Shown: positions 12,527-27,535, counted from the first letter of the stretch. The stretch is DNA of 64,000 nucleotides from Antedon mediterranea (GCF_964355755.1 NC_092672.1:2542001-2606000); one strand, 5' to 3'. Program-made: numbers and translations. Notes: generated by a model not told the origin, from the sequence alone.

Positions 12527-15500
12527 TTAATTTACTGTTGAAACATACGTAGTTTCATCAGACATTTGTTGTGTATAAGTTGGTTTTTCAGAAACATTGT
12601 AGGTCTTTGACCTGCCAGGCAAACTTGGACGCCTACAACTAGGTACGCATGCGCAACAAGTATGCCACCAGCTCTTCAGCTTCTTGCTGCTCTCTTTCCT
12701 GCGCAGAACGAATAAAATAAATATCGCTAGGCCCTGTAGAGGATTGAGGATGCAGAAAAGGACAGACATGACGTACCGAGATCCCCCAAAGGAAAGGAAT
12801 CCGAAGATCCATGTCAAGCCTAGCAGAGTCGATATAGCAATGGCGTTCGTTAGTCTTGTTTTCACTCCGTCTTTCTTTTCTTGCGTTTTGCTTTTAGATA
12901 TGGTTGGTAATGTGACGTAGAGTCGGTATATGATTAGCACAAACATGACAGTATTGCAGAACACTACAATACTCGTTGGTACAATGACACCGTACGTTAT
13001 CACATTCACTTCGTAGATATAGCAACTGAAATGAAAATAACAATTTGTAACTTACATCTTTACGGATCTACCTAGTATATTTTTAGGCCTAAAGCCTGGT
13101 GGTCTACACTGGCAAACTCCGAGTTTGTCAAGAAAAGTTTCCAAAGTTTGTTGCTATAAGTTCTAGACCAGTTGACAAACTTCGGCAAACTGCAGAAAAC
13201 AAGTTTCAGAAGTATATACTAGCAACATTTGAAAAATTAATAAAGTTTGCACACATTTGGTAAAGTTTACTAGAGTATAGACAAGGCTTAGTCTAGTCTA
13301 CACTAGCAATCGGCACGTTTGCCACTTGCTTTCTGTCTAGGCCTATTAGTTACTGAATCGGAGACTATCCATCGATCTCTTGAATAGAACTACTCTACAA
13401 ATAAGTTTTCTTCAGTTTGTCCCAGTTTGTCAAGTTGGTTTACACATAACATTTCTTGCCAAACTCGGATTTTACTTGAGTTTTAGACTAGACTTTATTG
13501 CAATAGTTTTAACAGTAGCAGAATGGTGTTGATATAAAGTTTGCGGTACACCACCTATGTTATGGTTTATAATAATTATGTGTCTATATATGTATATATT
13601 GAGTTTCTAGCGATTGCTAGTAGCAGAATGTGTTAATACTTTATAAAATGGGCATACGTACAAATATGGATTTGCGTATAAATCTGGATCAACTGATACT
13701 AATACAATGACGGGTATTAGCGGCAACCCTGAAAATACAATATGTTAATAAGATAGTTATAATAGTTCGGATACAAGCACAATCATTCTTAAGAAGATAG
13801 CTTGATGATCAAACTCTCGCAAAAAAAAAAGCAGCATAGACCGTTGCTAATTATTGAAAGCTTTAAGCCTATTTTCCACTAGGCGAATTTGTTCGCGCGA
13901 ATCGAAAGCGTCATGCTCTGCGCATGCGTATTTGAGTTTCTGTCTGTCATACTCCCTTCTGCGACGAATTCTAGTTCCTTGATTTTTCGCTTCAGCGAAA
14001 TTTACTAGTTCGAATTGTTTCTACTTTTTGCGAAGCGAAATATTGCGCAACCAATCAGAGCTCAGGAAATGAGTTATGACGCTTTCATGAGCAGTCATGC
14101 GAATCGAAATGTTCAGCAACCACGCGAGGAACATGAACGTCGCAGCTATTCGCTATGTAGTGGAAAGAGAGTAGGCGATTTTTTTCTCTTCGAAACGTTT
14201 GATTCGCGCGAACAAATTCGCCTAGTGGAAAATCGGCTTTAATGTCTAAAGTTATGTTTAGTTTTTATGATAATTAAAAACTAAATTTACAAACCCCAAG
14301 CAAACGAAGAAGCAATTTTAAAGAAATACACTCCAGGAGAACTAAACACGTTGATAAACAGAAAATACATGTTAGCCGCCTCAACAGCCGTCCATGCTAT
14401 TGATGTCAAAACGAAATAATGGAGTAGAGCAGCAACGGTGATACAACCAGCACTCAACGGCTGGAGCGTATCAACACCACAGATGAATACAATGTACAAA
14501 AACAGGAGTGAGAACGATAAACTTAGAAGAATCTTCTGCGGGTCGCTTTTCTTGGTGCTCCTGTAAAAAAAAAAAAAACATGTCTTTGTTGTTTTATTTG
14601 ATTTCACAGTCTTTCGACGTAGGCTTAAATATGCAACTTAAAGTAATTGTGTTTCGGTGCCTGAACAATTTCTGTTCAGTTATCAAAATTTGTTTCATCT
14701 AGTGATCCAGTCTTTAAATTTCAATAGAAAACAAATGTGAATTTACTTACTTCAGTGACAGTGTAACAGCTATGGTTATGGTAAGGCATATTATTGACAC
14801 AGTGCATCCTAAGTACGTCACAATTGTTAAGAATTTATCAAATCCAGTTGGTGGTGAATCTAAAATCTGAAAAGTCAAATCAATCAATCACGTTGAAAGA
14901 AATAAAAACTCTCCATAATTATAATGATAGTAGGCCTAACGAAACAAACTCAAGCACTTATTATTTACGTAGCTAATCTAAAGGAGTTGTTTCGGTACTC
15001 TGATTTAATTATACAGATTCTACGATGTTCTTAGCGTAATGGTTTTAATAACATGGCATTTGTTTTTTAGGCAAATATCAAAGAACTTTCACTTATTAAT
15101 CGAATTAGAACAAGTCTACGTCGATACGTCCACTAATAGTCCTTATATATTAATGCTGCAATTGAGGAGGGGTGTGTTTTTCTACTCACCTCTCCATTTG
15201 GACGTGACACCAAGACAGCGAAGCTGGTTAAGTGCGAGCACTTACACGTGATACCATTCAGGTCAGCTTTTCCTTCGCAACCTAGCGACGACCAATCGCC
15301 GTATTCGTTTAGTGTCTCATCCCAATAAACGCAAGTAAAGTTCAGAGAGTTGGAATACTAATATAAAATCAATAGATTGGAGTTAACCTATTTTTTCCTG
15401 TTGCTGTTAGAAAGTATCGTAAGCTTCTAATCTATGAGGGGGAATGGCTCTCTCTCTCTCTCTCTCTCTCTTCGAAATTTAGTACTAAGAGGGTAGCAAC

Positions 15501-18500
15501 ACAACGTAAGGCAATTTATATGCATAATTACGCATGCGCAAAGAATGTAACTTATATTAACGTTTCCATCTAGGCCTACCTAAACTTCTTTGAAAATGTT
15601 TAGGTGTTTTTCGTACATCATAAATATACCAACTCACTCCATTAAACTGTATAGCGACAGGTTCTTCAAAATTATTTGGAAGAATACCATCGTAAACTGT
15701 GGCGGAAATGACGACATCTGATAAGTTTTCCTTACTGGATATTTTAGCCGGGAACAAGACATTCTTATAATAAGCAGCAAAGCTAATGTTTACGGCAAGT
15801 TCTGTAAACCAAGAGTAACATAAAACATATATAAAATAGACCTACAATGCTTCTGAATATTCCTGCAGTCGGCTATAATGTTTGTTATGGAGATACAAAT
15901 TAGAAGACGGTATATTTTGGTAGTGGATACTTAGAGTAAAACTTAGAGTACTTAGCACTTAGAGAGCAAACTAGTTACATTACTAGTTACAAGTAACGTC
16001 CAAATGTTTAGTATATTATTATTCTTACCTCCAGCATTAATTAAACTTTTTGGCAAACTGATTGACGTTTCAAGACGTTCAGAATCTTCTGATTTTCTAT
16101 CAAAGTAGCTTCCAATAGTTTTTCCTCCTTTTTCTCCACTAACACCAAACGTGATGCCTTGCTCCAATGTCACTGTCTTTAAGCTTATAGTCTGAACGCC
16201 AAGAGTTTCTTCATTCTGTGTGAAATTATACCCAGCAGAAGCCGACGTATTCAACTGGACTTCAAGAGAACCCAGAATAGACGCTGACGTCTCTGGTGAG
16301 ATTTCAGAGTTACTGTCATTAGCCTGAATAAGGTTATCAACAGTTCCAACAACCGCTTCTGTTACCTGTTCATTAAAGGAAGTAGATTAATATTAGTAGA
16401 GACGATATTATGCGACTAAGTTCAGCTCAGTGGCCACGTACGAACGCCAAAAATTACAAATAATGCATCGAAAATGTATCTATTCTTGCATAACAATACA
16501 ATATGCAATGTATGTACATTAAAAGCTATCATTTTGATGAACTCCTTTGCGGCTTCGGAGCAGAGCAATCAGGTGACGTACCTCTACTTCAGGAGATTCA
16601 ACGTGGACAATATCTTCCAATAAATTTGATACTTCCACAATATCTTCTGAAGTTAGGTCGTCCGAATCGGCAGTGATAGTTTCCAGGTCAGTCGCTACCT
16701 GGTTAACATTTTCATTGGTCACGTTCTATAGAAATTAAAAATAAATATTTAGTGTATACGTATTATTAGTAGTTAAGAATTCTTACTCGAAAATGTTAAC
16801 TACATGTGTTCGAGCTGAATTCTGAGAGTATTTTCAAAGCTCCACAAGTTATGATTAAATAGATCAAATGTAAATTACCTTTGCTGTAAGATTGGCAATC
16901 TCTCCATGGGACTTGCTCACTGTAAGAGATACAAAGAACCGTAGAATGATGAGAAGAAGAACATGGAGGAAGGCTGAAGTAAACGAGGTTAGATTTGGAC
17001 CATGGCAAGAGAAAGGGGGAGAAAGGGCATAACGCAAGAATGACGACGGTTCTTTGAGGCCTATGGAAAATGAAGGAATTTTAGACCTACAGTAAGCATT
17101 CTAGAATGTTACCTGCAATGTAGACATTGAATTCGCAGGATGCAGAAAATCCATATTTGTCCGTTGCTGAGCACGTGATCTTGGCGGTTGTATCGCGATT
17201 ATATGTAGTTTTTCCAGGTTGATCTGAACACGTGACTACGGGTTCTGGTGTAGAGAGGTCTGGTTGTGTTGCGGTTGGGCTATCCCACACTGGAGGATTC
17301 ACATAGGATGTGTAATTTGCTGAACATTTCATGAGTGGTTCTGTGAAATATTATTTCAGATAAATTATAAAATTTACATTTACTGTTTAGACTAGCCTAA
17401 ACTGGCAACCTTTTGTTTGCAAACCCGAACAAACTGCAAGTTCGTCAAGAACGGTCTTCCACTGTTTTGCTAGTGTACCAGTTGACAAACTTCAGCAATC
17501 TGCAGAAACCAAACTCGAGCAAAACTGAGTTTGTCAAAAAATGCTTTTCAAAGTTGATAAACTGATCAAGTCTACACTAGGAGCTTTCGACAAAGTTTGA
17601 TAGTTCTGATAAAAACAACACAATATGCCTATTTTATCCTAATCTTCTTCAATATTCCATAATCGATTGTTTATTGTTTTTGTAAGGTTTATTGAAATAT
17701 CTAATAATGCCTACAAACCTATCATTGGTCGAAAAAGCCAGACTCCCGGATCACCCACGTTGCTTTCACTGGTTAGCGCATTTGTGGTAGGAAATTCAAT
17801 TTCGATAGTTCTTCCATTAGCTGTATAACGAAATCCTTTCTAAAATACAAATTTGTCAATTTATTGTATCGATCAATAAGTCAATTAATACCTTGATCAA
17901 TGAATCAGGTAGCAGTCAGTTAGTAAAAATTGCGCAACACGATGATTGAATTCGATCCAACTCGGCTTCAAGTCAACTCGGCCTCACGTCATATGGGTAA
18001 AAAACTAATCGGTAAACTCGGCCTCTAATGACTTGGGGCCGACTTGACCTGAGACCGTCTTAAAGGTGGGGCCGATTTGTCTTTGGCCAAGATGGTTTAC
18101 AATGTTTAGCTCCTTCGTATTAGTATTAATTAGTAATTAGAAAGTCATTAGGCTAGGCGTATTGTTTATTAAGGAACTTCTTTACTGATACAGTTTAATT
18201 TACAATACTAGTATGTTTACAAACGATAAGCGGAAGCTAGCATGCAGTTTTAATCATAATATTAATTATTGTAAAATATTTAACAACTGATTAATTATCA
18301 TTACGAATGAGCGTTAGCTGTCGCATGCCTGCACGAAGAGACCGGGAGACAGTGGCGTAACGGCTATGAACGCTCACTGGCTAAACCTAGCGGGCCTTGA
18401 GCTTATGGTGGGGCCCTTGAACTTATGGGCCCCTGAGCAGTGCCCAGAGGTAAAAAACAAGGCATTAAAATATGAAGGGCTAAAAACGCCCAAGGTATTC

Positions 18501-21500
18501 AGCATTGGAGGGCCACTTAGGGGCCCTAAACCAGGGGCCTCATGTCTTACGTTACGCCACTGCCTGGGCAGAAAATGTTGTTTAGGATACTATTCCTAAT
18601 CTTTCAAAAACCTATTCAATAATGTATGAAAGCCTTGGTTCAAATGAGACAAATCGGTAAAATAGCAATTAATAATTCGGCACTGATGATTGTTTCGTAA
18701 TCATGTACGATTGTGTGAGAGTTTTTTTCCTATTTCAATGTACCCAATTAACAGCGCACATTATTGTTCAAATCCACATTTTCCGAATCGGTAGTTCGTT
18801 GAAAACTAAGCATGGCTTACATACCTGTACTCCACTCGGTATACTTCCAATACGAAAATATCGAAAACGGGTGAAAGATTCGATTCCGTCAGTAACTAGG
18901 GTGCATGATAATATATAAGAATTTCCCTGCGGAAAAAATAAACCACAAAATATATATCATTCTATAGCCCTAATCTTACTATAATACACAGTTTTAAAAC
19001 CGTTTTTATTCTAAAATTGGAATACAGATGGTTTTGGGGGCCGGTCAAATGTTATTTCTATTAAAGATGTTTTGTCTTCCTGAAAAAATAATTGATGAAC
19101 ATTTTTTGTTGAATATTTCATTTTAATGTGACGTATATTTATCCACTTTGACCAAAAATTAGATCGAAAACAAATTGATTTACTTGAAAAACTGTAATTT
19201 AAAGAAAAAAAGTCAAATTGACTCACAGCCAATGGATTTTTGGTTGAATTTAATATTTTATCATTTTATAAGTGAAAATATTATTTTTTCGTTTTATCTA
19301 CAAAAGGTATTAACTTTATTAAAACTACAAAATAACCTAGTCTGATTGAATGAATCTTCATTTTTTATGGGTTTTTTTTGGGACAATACATCTTTAATGC
19401 TGTTGAGTTTTGTTACCAAAGACCATGTGACAGAAAACATCGATGTTGAATTGAAGCTTGGATGACCATATGCTGATCTTATCCGCTCATCTTCTTCGTC
19501 GAGGGAAGTCTGATCATTGTCTTCGAGGAACATTGTGTCTGTATACGATAACCCTTCACTTTGAAACACAATTATACTGTCGTTGGATTTTGATGATGGG
19601 AAGGAGACAGAACCATCAGTTTTAATCTAAATAAACAATGTAACATTTCTGTTATTAAGGAGCTCAATATCACTTAAAGGAATACTTTTACTTCTTGATT
19701 TAGAAATGAAAAACACACTTTTCGAAAGTACTCGAGAAATGTAGGAATGGTTTATCAATATGCACGGTAAAGTCTTTTTAAACGCGCTTCGTTTGCGTAA
19801 AGCCTGTTTTGACGTTATTCGACGCTATCGTCGTTGATCGTTAACAGTTCAACGACGATCGTTTGAAAACGATCAAGTTGAAATGATAACGACAGCGAGT
19901 ACCTTTTCCTGTAAATCGTTAAAATTTCAATGTTAACGTTGAAGATCGTCGATTAACGTCGAAGATCGTCGATTAACGTCGACAGGAAAACAGGCTTTAA
20001 GCTCAATTTACACAGATGAGCGGTAGCGGTAATACAAATATAGAGCCTATGTTATTCCTTGACCATTTACACACTACGCGGAGCAGACAGGCGATTTCCG
20101 CTCAGGATAGATACAGACTCTACGTGGGACAAGCTACGCGGTTTTCCGCTTATCGTTACCTCTCGTCTGTGTAAATTAGCTTTAACATTGATCTGAATAT
20201 CTACACAGGTACGTATATTATGTTCCTCAATAAGCTTCTATAATAATAATAACAACTTTATTTAAAAACGGATGCAACACTTGAATCACCATATTGGTGT
20301 TTTTCACAAGGCCGTTACTTACTACAAAACTATTTATACTATTACACAAGTTATCAATTACAGTACAAAAACAACAACAACAACAAAAAAACAAAAAAAA
20401 GATTTCATGAAAAAATATAGAGTTTCAAGTATATTTTATCTTTGGTCATTTATCATTTTTTTAAATATATGTATATTAGGAGCTGTAATTGCATTTGAGT
20501 TTATAGCATTTAAACTATTCCATAGCTTTGCGCCAGAATACGAGAAACTTTTCTTTTTATACTCAGTGTTTGCCTTATGTAAACTTAGAATATCTTTTGA
20601 TCTAGTATTATATGTTTGTTTGCGTTCATAGAATCTGTTTCTTAAGTAGGATGGTGTCAAGTTATTCATTATTTTATACATTGTGACTGCTTCGTTGTAA
20701 TATTGTTTTTCTTCTAAATTAGGCCAATTTAAATCTTTGAGCGCCTGTGAGCTAGAGTCATACCTAGATGTATGTGTAATTATTTTAGCCGCTCTATTTT
20801 GGAGTACTTGGAGTTTATATTTGAGGGTTTGGTTACAACGACCCCATACTACATTGCAGTAGTCAAAATGGTGGGCTATGATAGATTTGTACATTAATGA
20901 TTGAATATTTTGAGGGAAAATATTGCTGCATTTTTTTAGATAGTACAGACCTGATATTACTTTATTTTTCACCTGATCTATTTGTTTATGCCATTTTAAA
21001 TTTTCATCGATAATAACACCTAAATGTTTACAGTTATTTACCTTTTCAAGTTTTGTACCGTCTATATTAATATTAATATCCATGTTAATCAATTTATTTA
21101 ATTTTTGATGTGTTCCTAAAATCATATATTCAGTCTTTTTAATGTTTAGACTTAATTTGTTACTTGCTAACCATAGTTGTACATGTTTTAGATCAGTATT
21201 TACTTTGCTTATTATATCGTGTATGTCTTTAGATGCATAATATAACGCAGTGTCATCTGCGTACATGCTTACATTTACATGAGAAACTGAGTTAGGTAGA
21301 TCATTAATATACATGATAAATAGAAGGGGCCCTAATATTGATCCCTGAGGGATTCCACAAACACTATTATTATTCTATAACTTCTCTTTTTCCACTTGTT
21401 TAAATTAGCGATGATAACAATCTAATTGTCTATACTTGAGGACATAGCTGTAATTTACACACAAAAATGTCTTTGTTATGTTGAAAATTGTCAATAGGAA

Positions 21501-24500
21501 ACAGAAAACATGTATTACTTACATTTACTGATCTGTAAACGTTCGAGAAATATGGAAAATCTACAGACATGTTGTACACTGTATCCTGGGAAATAGCATT
21601 CCCTGCTTAAAATAAATAACATATAAACGTGAATACGTACCTATATGAACTTAATTTATAACTTATTATTAAATGACAATTGTACTGCATTAGAAGCCTA
21701 TTTGTTACCAAATTACTAAATATACCAAAAATGATACAAATGGTGATTAATTAATAAAGCTAAATTGATATTTAAGTTTATGCTCTTCACATAACACCAG
21801 AATGACGACGGTTCCTTGAGGTCTATGAAAATGAAGGAATGATAGGCCTACGCATTCTAAAAATGTTACCTGCCGCAATGTAGACATTGAATTCGCAGGA
21901 TGCAGAAAATCCATATTTGTCCGTTGCTGAGCACGTGATCTTGGCGGTTGTATCAAGCGTGTATGTAGTTTTTCCAGGTTGATCTGAACACGTGACTACG
22001 GGTTCTGGTGTAGAGAGGTCTGGTTGTGTTGCGTTCGGGCTATCCCATACTGGGGGATTCACATAGGATGTGTAATTTGCTGGACATTTCATGAGTGGTT
22101 CTGTTAAAATATTATTTCAGATAAATTATAAAATATTACATTTACTATTGACTAGCCTAAACTGGCAACCTTTTGTTTGCAAACCCGAACAAGCTGCGAG
22201 TTCGTCAAGAACAGTTTTCCACTGTTTTGCTAGTGTACCAGTTGACAAACTTCAGCAAACTGCAGAAACCAAACTCGAGCAAAACTGAGTTTTTCAAAAA
22301 ATGCTTTTCAAAGTTGACAAACTGATCAAGTCTACACTAGGAGCTTGCAAACAATTTCGACAAAGTTTGATAGTTCTGATAAAAACAACACAATATGCCT
22401 ATTTTATCCTAATCTTCTTCAATATTCCATAATCGATTGTTTATTGTTTTTGTAAGGTTTATTGAAATATCTAATAATTATGCGTACAAACCTATCATTG
22501 GTCGAAAAAGCCAGACTCCCGGATCACCCACGTTGCTTTCACTGGTTAGCGCATTTGTTGTAGGAAATTCAATTTCGATAGTTTTTCCATTAGCTGTATA
22601 ACAAAATCCTTTCTGAAATACAAATTTGTCAATTTATTGTATCGATCAATAAGTCAATCGATACCTTGATCAATGAATCAGGTAGCAGTCAGTCAATAAA
22701 AATTGCCAACACGATGATTGATTTGAATTCGATCCAACTCGGCTTCACGTCATATGGGTAAAAAACTAATAGGTCGACCTCTAATGACCTGGGGCCGACT
22801 TGACTTGAGGCCGTCTTAAAGGTGGGGCTGACTTGTCTTTGGCCGAGATGGTTTAGGGCCGACTTGACCGGCACCCATTGGTTTACAATGTACGTATTCG
22901 TTACAATGTTTAGCTTCGTATTAGCATTAATTAGTAATTAGAAAGTCATTAGGCGTATTGTTTTATCAAGAAACTTCTTTACTGATATAGTTTAATTTAC
23001 AATAATAGTATGTTCACAAACGATAAGCGGAAGCTAGTTGCAGTTTTAATCATATTATTGTGAAATATTTTTAACAACTGATTAGGGGATTACCCGGTTT
23101 TTGTCGCCGTCATACGAATGCGCGTTAGCCGTCGCATGCCTGCACGAAGAGACATGTGGACAGTCGCGTATACGGCTATGAACGCTCAGTGGCTAAACCT
23201 AGGGGGCCTTGAGCTTGTGGTGGGGGCCCTTGAACTTATGGGCCCCTGGGCAGTGTGCCCAGAGGCAAAAAACAAGGCATTAAAATATGTCGAAAGGGCA
23301 AAAAAAAACCCCGAGGCCTTCGGTATTGGAGGGCCACTTTGGGGTCCTAAACCAGGGGCCTTGGTTCAAATGAGACAAATCAGTAAAATAGCAATTAATA
23401 ATTTGGCACTGATGATTGTTTCGTAATCGTGTACGATTGTGTGAGAGTTTTTTTCATATTTCAATGTACCCAATTAACAGCGCACATTATTGTTCAAATC
23501 CACATTTTACCGAATAGGTAGTTCGTTGAAAACTAAGCATGGCTTACATACCTGTACTCCACCCGGCATACTTCCAATACGAAAATATCGAAAACGGGTG
23601 AAAGATTCGCTTCCGTCAGTAACTAGGGTGCATGATAATATATAAGAATTTCCCTGCGGAAAAAATAAACCACAAATATATATCATTCTATAGCCCTAAT
23701 CTTACTATAATACACAGTTTTAAAACCGTTTTATGGTAAAATTGGAATACAGATGGTTTTGGGGGCCGGTCAAATGTTATTTCTATTAAAGATGTATTGT
23801 CCTCCTGAAAAAAGTAATTGTTGAACATTTGTTGTTGAATATGCCATTTTAATAGTTATCCACTTTGAACAAAAATTAGATCGAAACAAGTATATTTACC
23901 TGAAAAAACTGTAATTTAAAGGGGAAAAAATTGTCAAATTGGCTCACAGCCAATGGATTTTTGGTTGAATTAACATTTAGTTTGTCATTTTATAAGTGAA
24001 AAATTAATTTTTTCGTTTTTGTCTACAAAAGGTATTAACTTTATTAAAACTACAAAATAACCTATTCAAAGTCTGATTTAATGAATCTTCATTTTTTTTA
24101 TGTTTTTTGGGGACAATACATCTTTAATGCTGTTGAGTTTTGTTACCAAAGACCATGTGACAGAAAACATAGATATTGAATTGAAGCTTGGATGACCATA
24201 CGCTGATCTTATTCGCTCATCTTCTTCGTCGAGGGAAGTCTGATCATTGTCTTGGAGGAACAATGTGTCTGTATACGATAACCCTTCACTTTGAAACACA
24301 ATTATACTGTCATTGGATTTTGATGATGGGAAGGAGACAGAACCATCAGTTTTAATCTAAATAAATAATATAATATTTCTGTTATTAATGCGCTCAATAT
24401 TATCACTTAAAGGAATACTTTCACTTCTTGATTTTGAAATGAAAAACACACTTTCAAAAGTACTCGAGAAATGTAGGCATGGTTTATCAATATGCACGGT

Positions 24501-25717
24501 GAAGTCTTTTTAAACGCGCTTCGTGCGCGTAAAGCTCAATTTACACAAACGAGCGGTAGCGGTAATACAAAATAGAACCTATGTTATTCCTTGACCATTT
24601 ATCACACTATACGCGGAGCGGACGGGCGGTTTCCGTTCAGGATAGTTAGGTCCTACATATTCTACGTGGGACAAGCTATACGAGGCTTTCCGCTTATCGT
24701 TACCACTCGTCTGTGTGTAAATTAGCTTTAACATTGATCTGAATATCTACACAGGTACGTATATTATGTTCCTCAATAAGCTTACTGTAACTTCTCTTTT
24801 TCCACTTGTTTAAATTAGCGATGATAACAATCTAATTTTCTACACTTGAGGACATAGCTGTAATTTACACACACAAATTACTTTGGTATGTTGAAAATAG
24901 GGAACAGAAAACATTTATTACTTACATTTACTGATCTGTAAACGTTCGAGAAATATGGAAAATCTACAGACATGTTGTACACTGTATCCTGTGAAATAGC
25001 ATTCTGCCCTGCTTAAAATAAATAACATATAAACGTGAATACGTACCTATATGAACTTAATTTATAACGATTACAGATTACAGTACGATTGTACTGCATT
25101 AGTCTATAGGCCTATTTGTTACCAAATTACTAAATATACCAAAAATGATACAAATAGTGATTAATTAATAAAGCTGAATTGATATTTAAGTTTATGTTTT
25201 TCACTGTCCTTAGCGCTTAGCGAATAAAAGTATAGGCCAAATTAAAACATTGCATGTCAGTTTACATTGCAGTGAATGGTATGTGTCCAATCGTGGTATT
25301 GGTCTCTTTTGATAGATTTTTTTGCAATGTATTTAAAACAACATAAGCAATGTAATATATATGAACATGTTTACCCCTCAGCTAGAAGAAACATCTCAGT
25401 CCCGCGTACACTAAGTTATACATTTTCCATGGGGCATGCAAATAGTGTGCAGATTATCACAGCACACTTTCGTACTTAGAGGTGAAAAATCAGAGGCAGT
25501 GTGTAAGGCACATAGAGCGGTGGCAATTCCCGACCGTTGTCATGGTACATAAACTAAATATATTATTTATATTTGTTTTAGGCCTACTATCTATTTTTAA
25601 TTAAAGAAAAGGGAACAATTGAATGAATGAATAATTAATAATTTGCTTACCGTCACAACAGACACCAAATATTACAAAAACGAACAAAACAATTTGAATT
25701 GCCGTGAAGGTAGACAT
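12527..25717 (-). CDS. Adhesion GPCR: signal peptide-(NIDO-HYR)x2-GAIN/GPS-7TM, ~20 exons (25717-25651; 24981/24988-24926, 24356-24147, 23653-23552, 22612-22492, 22100-21870; 21578/21585-21523, 19626-19417, 18926-18825, 17839-17719, 17340-17113; 16919-16879, 16725-16582, 16365-16029, 15801-15638, 15357-15190, 14866-14751, 14560-14295, 13728-13662, 13025-12527)
   Basis: Signal MSTFTAIQIVLFVFVIFGVCCD; NIDO motifs FSVTW, LVTDGxESF, SNVGDPGVWLFR; HYR WDSPxAT..VTC..ITCSATDKYG..CEFNV; GPS CVYWDE..WSSLGC..CKCSHL/TSFAVL; 7TM motifs CITVAALLHYFVL..W..VEA, LLGLTWIFG, FCILNPLQGL. Confidence 0.9.
13866..14238. mobile_element. MITE, PIF/Harbinger-like, in GPCR intron
   Basis: ~37-bp TIR AGCC(T)ATTTTCCACTAGGCGAATTTGTTCGCGCGAATC at both ends, TTA flanks. 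Confidence 0.8.
19801..19997. mobile_element. Small MITE present only in duplicate copy B
   Basis: Ends AGCCTGTTTT...AAAACAGGCT; absent from the equivalent site in copy A (~24530). Confidence 0.7.
20244..21372 (-). mobile_element. 5'-truncated non-LTR retrotransposon (CR1/L2-group LINE), RT C-terminal half
   Basis: GIPQGSILGPLLFIMYINDL, YADD, KHLGV, FDYC..VW, LQNRAAKII (ORF 21314-20436); (ATT)n tail; TTCTATAA duplicated at 20236-20243 and 21373-21380; empty site in copy A at ~24785. Confidence 0.92.
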
Positions 25718-27349
25718 GCTCACATTCCATAGTCAGCACACGAAATGATAGGTTTTGATTAAACAATATTAGATAACTTATTGTGGTCAAAGTACACTGT
25801 ACTGGTAAATAAACACACAAAGCAAAAACTGATATTAAGTTTGTTCATTAACTAGTCGGAAGGCGTTGGGAGTTGTTCAACATTCTTTATCGGTTGTCAC
25901 GACTACCGTGTAATTGCAATTACCCGCTTGAATCATGTATGAGCCCATGTCCGATGTGAACCGATTTCGATATGAATGCTAATGTATTTTGATGTGAACC
26001 AAATCAATATGAAATGGCAATATCCTATGATGTGTAACATCTAAAGCTCTGTCTACACTATCAAACTTTATGTGACAAAAAAATGTGATGTGCCCATATG
26101 GACGGATGATGTCATATCACTACCATATTTGAGTATATCACTACAAACTAGTTGATAGTTTGATAGTGTAGACAGAGCTCAAGTCTTTGTGTTTGTGGTA
26201 TGCGCTATACATTAACTTAGCCCAAATCCAATAATCAATAAAAATGTTCTTCGATGTAAACAATCCCATACTACTTATAACCGCCATAATCTTCCTTACC
26301 ACTCTTATCAGCATTATATCCATGTCACTATAACACCATTTTGGTTATCATTAACACCATAATATTAACCATTAAAGATGTATTGTCCCGCAAAAACATG
26401 AAAAATAAAGATGAATAAATTCAGACTTTGAATATGTTACTTTGTAGTTTTAACCACTTTCGTAAAAAAAAAAAAAGCCTGGAAAAATTAATGTTTTCAC
26501 TTATAGAACGACAAAATAAATGGTTAAATTCAACCAAAAACTCACTATGTTTTACTTTAAATTAAAGATTTTTAGGTAAATTCATTGTTTTTTCGATCAA
26601 ATTTTTGGTCAAAGTGGATAACTATTAGGCATATCAATTTCAGGGGGACAATCCATCTTTAACATCATCATCATGCTTATTAAGTACTAGAAAATCAAAA
26701 TTCTACTCAATTTATATATCTTATTTAGAATTTATTAATTTCTAAGGCACAGTTATAAAAATTTCTTAAAGCTACTGTGGCACCAACATAGGGTCCGTCT
26801 ATCCAGGTAAGTTGGTAACTACCCACCAACTAAGCCTGAACGGGAACCCATAGACGTATAATAATGGGACATAGGGACCTATTCCTGCTCTTATATTCTG
26901 ATTAAAATAGGAACTATATTTTGTTCGGTGGGTTTCATTAATAATGGCATAACATTATCGAATCATTCGTGACTTTCAGTTATACAGGCCTAACTCAAGT
27001 CAAATTTTTATTGTATGCAGTTATTAATATGGCCGTGTGAATATGTGTTTGCAAATAATATTAGGGCCACTCACAAACTGAAGTGTACATATGTATCGTA
27101 TGGTATGAATCGTTTCAATGTAATTGTTTCTACGTAAAATGAATTACAGTATATCTGTCCAAGTAGAAGTTGTATAGATGAGCAAGCAAGTAGAGAGCCA
27201 CAAACAGAAAAACACATTTAATGATCGAACCAGCTGCAAATAACTTTTGTCCTCTTCTATGTCTCCACCTAAAAGTAACAACAACAACAACAGACCAATT
27301 ATTATCATTCTATTAGGCCTTACTGTGTCTACAGTTTACTTAAATTCAA

Positions 27350-27535
27350 TAACATCGGCAATGGTTTGATGCTCACTCGCTGTTCTGGTGGTAGAACGAG
27401 TCTTCTTGGATAAGGACTATAAACTGTGGTCCAGAGTACACATCTGACTCATGTGCCTAGTACATCTTTCGAGACGAGTAGGGGGACGGGGGGTGGGGTT
27501 ATCCCAGTGTAGTTTTACTAGTACATTATAGCCAC
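27350..27535 (+). mobile_element. Degenerate partial copy of the Deu/Nin-type SINE
   Basis: Matches the reverse complement of 53740-53910 (TTCTGGTGGTAGAACGAGTCTTCT.GGATAAGGACTATAAAC). Confidence 0.75.

Larger units (their letters stand above)
17037..25204. repeat. Intragenic tandem segmental duplication: copy B 17037-21790, copy A 21799-25204
   Basis: Exons and introns are near-identical between copies (e.g. AGAATGACGACGGTT at 17037 and 21799; GATATTTAAGTTTATG at ~21770 and ~25181). Confidence 0.95.

Noticed and set aside
16796-17060. Long hydrophobic exon after the HYR domain
   Set aside because: A better acceptor (TCTCTTACAG) defines a short in-phase exon 16919-16879; the rest is a pyrimidine-rich intron
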